A DNA stretch of 64,000 nt, taken from contig CATNEN010000039.1 of NCBI GenBank assembly GCA_950097015.1, positions 1,364,001-1,428,000 on the forward strand, given 5' to 3'. Numbering within the stretch: position 1 is the stretch's first letter; the number at the start of each line of letters is the position of its first letter. The stretch is from Macrostomum hystrix (lineage: Eukaryota > Animalia > Platyhelminthes). The translations under genes were made by a program, and so were the position numbers. This document shows positions 60,662 through 64,000 of this stretch, one piece after another. Below the pieces are notes generated by a model. The model was not told the origin of the DNA. It worked only from the letters and a program-made list of their open reading frames with translations, and did not search any database.

Positions 60662-62595
60662 GTTCGGAGGAAAGCCTGCGATGGAGGTAGGCGGTCACGT
60701 ACATGTCACACTTTAATTGTCCTGGCGTAGCACAGGCCAAATACAAATACAGAATAACATTACTGCGAATGCTAACTACGGGTTTGAATACAATAGAACA
60801 AGAAGATTAGGTTATCTTTTGAGCTACATTTATCACGCAATTTTTCGCAGAAATCGATTCAAAATTATAGTGAGACGAACGCCCCTGATTTTTTTGTTAA
60901 GCACAACATCGCGGATTTTCCCAATTGCAGTCACTCACGTGCTTTTCCTATATCCCTGGGAAAATGTCGCTGTGTTGTAATTGACTGTCAGAAGCCTTTC
61001 GAAAGTAAAAGTTTTGAATCTCTTCGAAGGAAGGTCGATTTCCGCTGAGAAACGATGGGATGTCCCAGGAAACCCCTGGTGGCACAGAATTTATACTCTG
61101 ATCTCCGTGGAAACTGTTACGGCACAGAGACAAGCCGCTGGGCGACCATTGGCTTTTCTGCAATCGGAGGAGGAGCGGTCCGCAGCTGGCTGCTGCCCAA
61201 CGTGGGTGGCATGACTTTTTATCCCATAGTTGCGGATTTTCGGTGCCTGGGGCTGGCGTTACTGACCTGTGTGGCCTAGTCAGGTCTGGGAAAAGTGCGA
61301 AATTAATCCAGTGCGACTGTATTAGCCCATTATACGCAGGGATAAACAAACCGCGATCGTCACTTGGGGATTACAAGCGTTCAAGGAGATTGTGTGGCCT
61401 GGCCCTAATTCACTGCATGCATAAACATTAGACAGCTAATCAAATGAAATACATGTGAATATGACATTAAGTGCTTTAAGTGCTTCTTATCACTGGCCGT
61501 CAGTAAGACAAGACAAGACTCCGGAAGCCGCGGAATAAAAGTGACTTCGGTGTGTACTTATCAGAATACACGACTTGGAAGATAATTAGGCTTGTGGATG
61601 AAGCCAGCTTGCTACGAAAAGCGGCAGTCAGTTTCTTCTGTTCAAGAAATGAAGCATTGACAAGCGAATACGACTTGAATTAAATCATGTTAGCTTGTAA
61701 AACGAGTATCCGGCTGCTGCGGGTGGCACGCAGGTAGCTGCACCCGGGGCGGGCAAAGTGCATTTCGGTGTTGCATCAAGTGCAGACCAGATGAATCAGC
61801 AGTGCATTGACGGTGAAGCAAGATTGGTCGGATGCTGAGCCAGAAAGTCCCGACGAGAACCGGTCACGCAGCAGGGGCCGCGGCGTAAAGATCGGGGCAA
61901 GCAGCGCTGCGGCCTCCTTCCACTCTAAATTGATATCAGCCGCGCGTAGTCCTCATTTCCATTTCAAATTCTGTGTAATGCAAACAATTGCGCCGCTCTA
62001 TCTGACATTACTTGCAATTTGCTCCCTCTGTCTGCGGTAGGCAACACACACTAATGTACGGTCAGACACAGCAAAGTGCAGAACCAAATGGCCAACTTTT
62101 GACCAATTTTAAATGAGTGAATTTAAACCTCGCTCACGGGTCATAGTTGGCTGTCAATGCAACCATCAAGCTGAAATCATTTATCTATGCGAAAAAACTG
62201 AAAGTTGATGCCAAGCAACACCGGTTATCAAATCAAAAAGCTAGTATTAACCACCAATATATAGACAGTCCATGACTGAACTTCAGTCAAGTTCCTTCGT
62301 AAATGAAGCTGTGTATTTCTGACAATATCCTGAGCAAAGAATGAGCAATAAAACTGGTGAAAACACATGTTCATTAGCAAGTCGAGTTCCTATATCTGGA
62401 GAAATGCACAAAGTTGAAAAAATCGCTGAGAAAAATAAGCTGCTTTCTACTGGAAATGCCCTTGCAAAATCCTCTTTGAAACATGCTGAACATTACTAGG
62501 TATCGTATATACCAGACGCAAATATTGCTACTGACTATAAGTAGGGAGCGACGCAAATACAAGTAGAAGGCAAACTGTAGCGCTCTTAGTCGAGC

Positions 62596-63121
62596 CTAAG
62601 CAAGAGCGAACATAAGCACGCAGCCACACAAAATCACGACAGCATCGTAGCCGAAGTTGATCCAATAGAGTTGCAGAGGACTGTGCTGGAACTGATAGTG
62701 TGGCATCTGCGGACAGTATGTAAGTCACGTGATCTAATACAACGTTTGACCACTAAGACTATATCCATAGTCAGGAAGCTAGTCTTGGATCTGGATAATG
62801 ACAGTTTATAACAAATGTTTCGTTTCTCACCTGCGAACAGAAAACTAGAGCAAAGCTGGCCAGTGCCAGGCAGACCAGCTGCTGCCAGGTGGACACAAAG
62901 TTGCTTATGGCCAGCTGCAGCAGGGTCAGGGTGGCCAGGTTGCTGGCTATGGTCAGGCCATAGGTGGTGCAGGTGCAGGCCAAACCCTTCTGTGTGAGCT
63001 GTTCGGGCTTACACCTGTGGACAAGCAGGCACCATGATTTGCCAAATAAGGCTGGCGAGTACCACAGACTACCTAGAACAATGCTGGCAATTGCTGATAG
63101 GATCAAACCAAGGATTGCCAT
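62596..63121 (-). CDS. DUF1761-family multi-pass membrane protein, 133 aa; exons 63121-62831, 62706-62596
   Basis: N-terminal LGSLWYSPALFGKSW and C-terminal QFQHSPLQLYWINFGYD match the DUF1761 pattern (GxLWYSPxLFGxxW ... LFxxRPxxLxxINxGY); one phase-0 GT-AG intron. Confidence 0.8.
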
Positions 63122-64000
63122 CTTTAACTAGCACACAGTCTAATAGCTGGAAAGTATATGCTTTTTTTTATATTTCTGTCTTTTTAACTGCATTCATTAG
63201 CAATGAAATCAATAGTAATAACATATTTTTAGCTAGGGCTGCATATGTATAAATGAAACAATAACATAAAATCGAATTTAGGTAAATAAAAATGACACTT
63301 TTGGCTTTTATGGTTTTACTGAAACACTGGTAAGTTAAAAATCTTTATAGCGGAATAAGCTTTTGATCTTGAGTGAGAATTGATTGCAGCTGCAGTGATA
63401 TACAAGATTTTAAAATGTTAAGTGCAGATCATAGCCAGCCATAGCAAATAACTGATATTGCCAATAGTAGATTGGTTAATGTATGTTATTGGTGTATCTT
63501 TGTTTGATCCTGGCTCAATGGTCTTTTTTCTAGTGCAGACTTGCATGACGTATGTTTTTGTAACATTTACATTAAAATAGTTTTTATGATGATACTGTTC
63601 CATATCACTGAAGATATTTTTGTAGTTTGGATCACAGATACTATAATAACTGTGATAACTATAACTATGTGTGATAACTATAATAACTATAATAACATAT
63701 ACTATAATAACTATAATAACTGTTATTATAGTATCTGTGGTTCGGATTTACTTTTGGCTAGGATTGCTTGTCATCTGCAAAAAGTAATGTATTAAATTTG
63801 TACGCAAGGTGTCGAAATTCAAATATTTACATATAAAATAAGAAGTAGTCAATTTGCAGAAAAGAAAATTAATTAAGTAGTTAATTAATAAGAAGTAGTC
63901 ATAAACATTTCCTTTCACAAAATTATAAAAAAACATGCGATGCTTTAGAAGTTTTTGTTTTACAGGTAATTTTACAAATGTCTACAAACCGGTTTTAATT

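Noticed and set aside
61778-61915. Candidate DUF1761 second exon or small ORF
   Set aside because: Weak acceptor. The true exon at 62596-62706 has the family motif and a stop.

Overview
Eukaryotic (animal) genomic DNA with spliceosomal introns, GC-rich polyQ-containing exons and introns filled with minisatellites. The style suggests a free-living flatworm such as Macrostomum (inference only). By manual splice reconstruction (GT-AG, phase-consistent) I find six protein-coding genes. These are CCDC6 (-) head-to-head with FAM102/EEIG1 (+), two tandem paralogs encoding an unusual PH + proline/Gln-rich + three-SH2 adaptor (+, about 795 and 697 aa), a GAPR-1/GLIPR2-like CAP protein (-) and an intron-containing DUF1761 membrane protein (-). 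Mobile DNA includes a foldback Mutator-like element (9-bp TSD), an internally deleted Helitron with a nested hAT MITE, a frameshifted DD34D mariner, a Sola-like element, a degenerate FLYWCH/MULE element, two tRNA-derived SINE families (one with its head amplified into an 8-copy array) and decayed non-LTR remnants. There are more than 20 distinct tandem arrays. All very long ORFs in the supplied track are repeat artefacts. The most novel items are the triple-SH2 adaptor pair and the DUF1761 gene.
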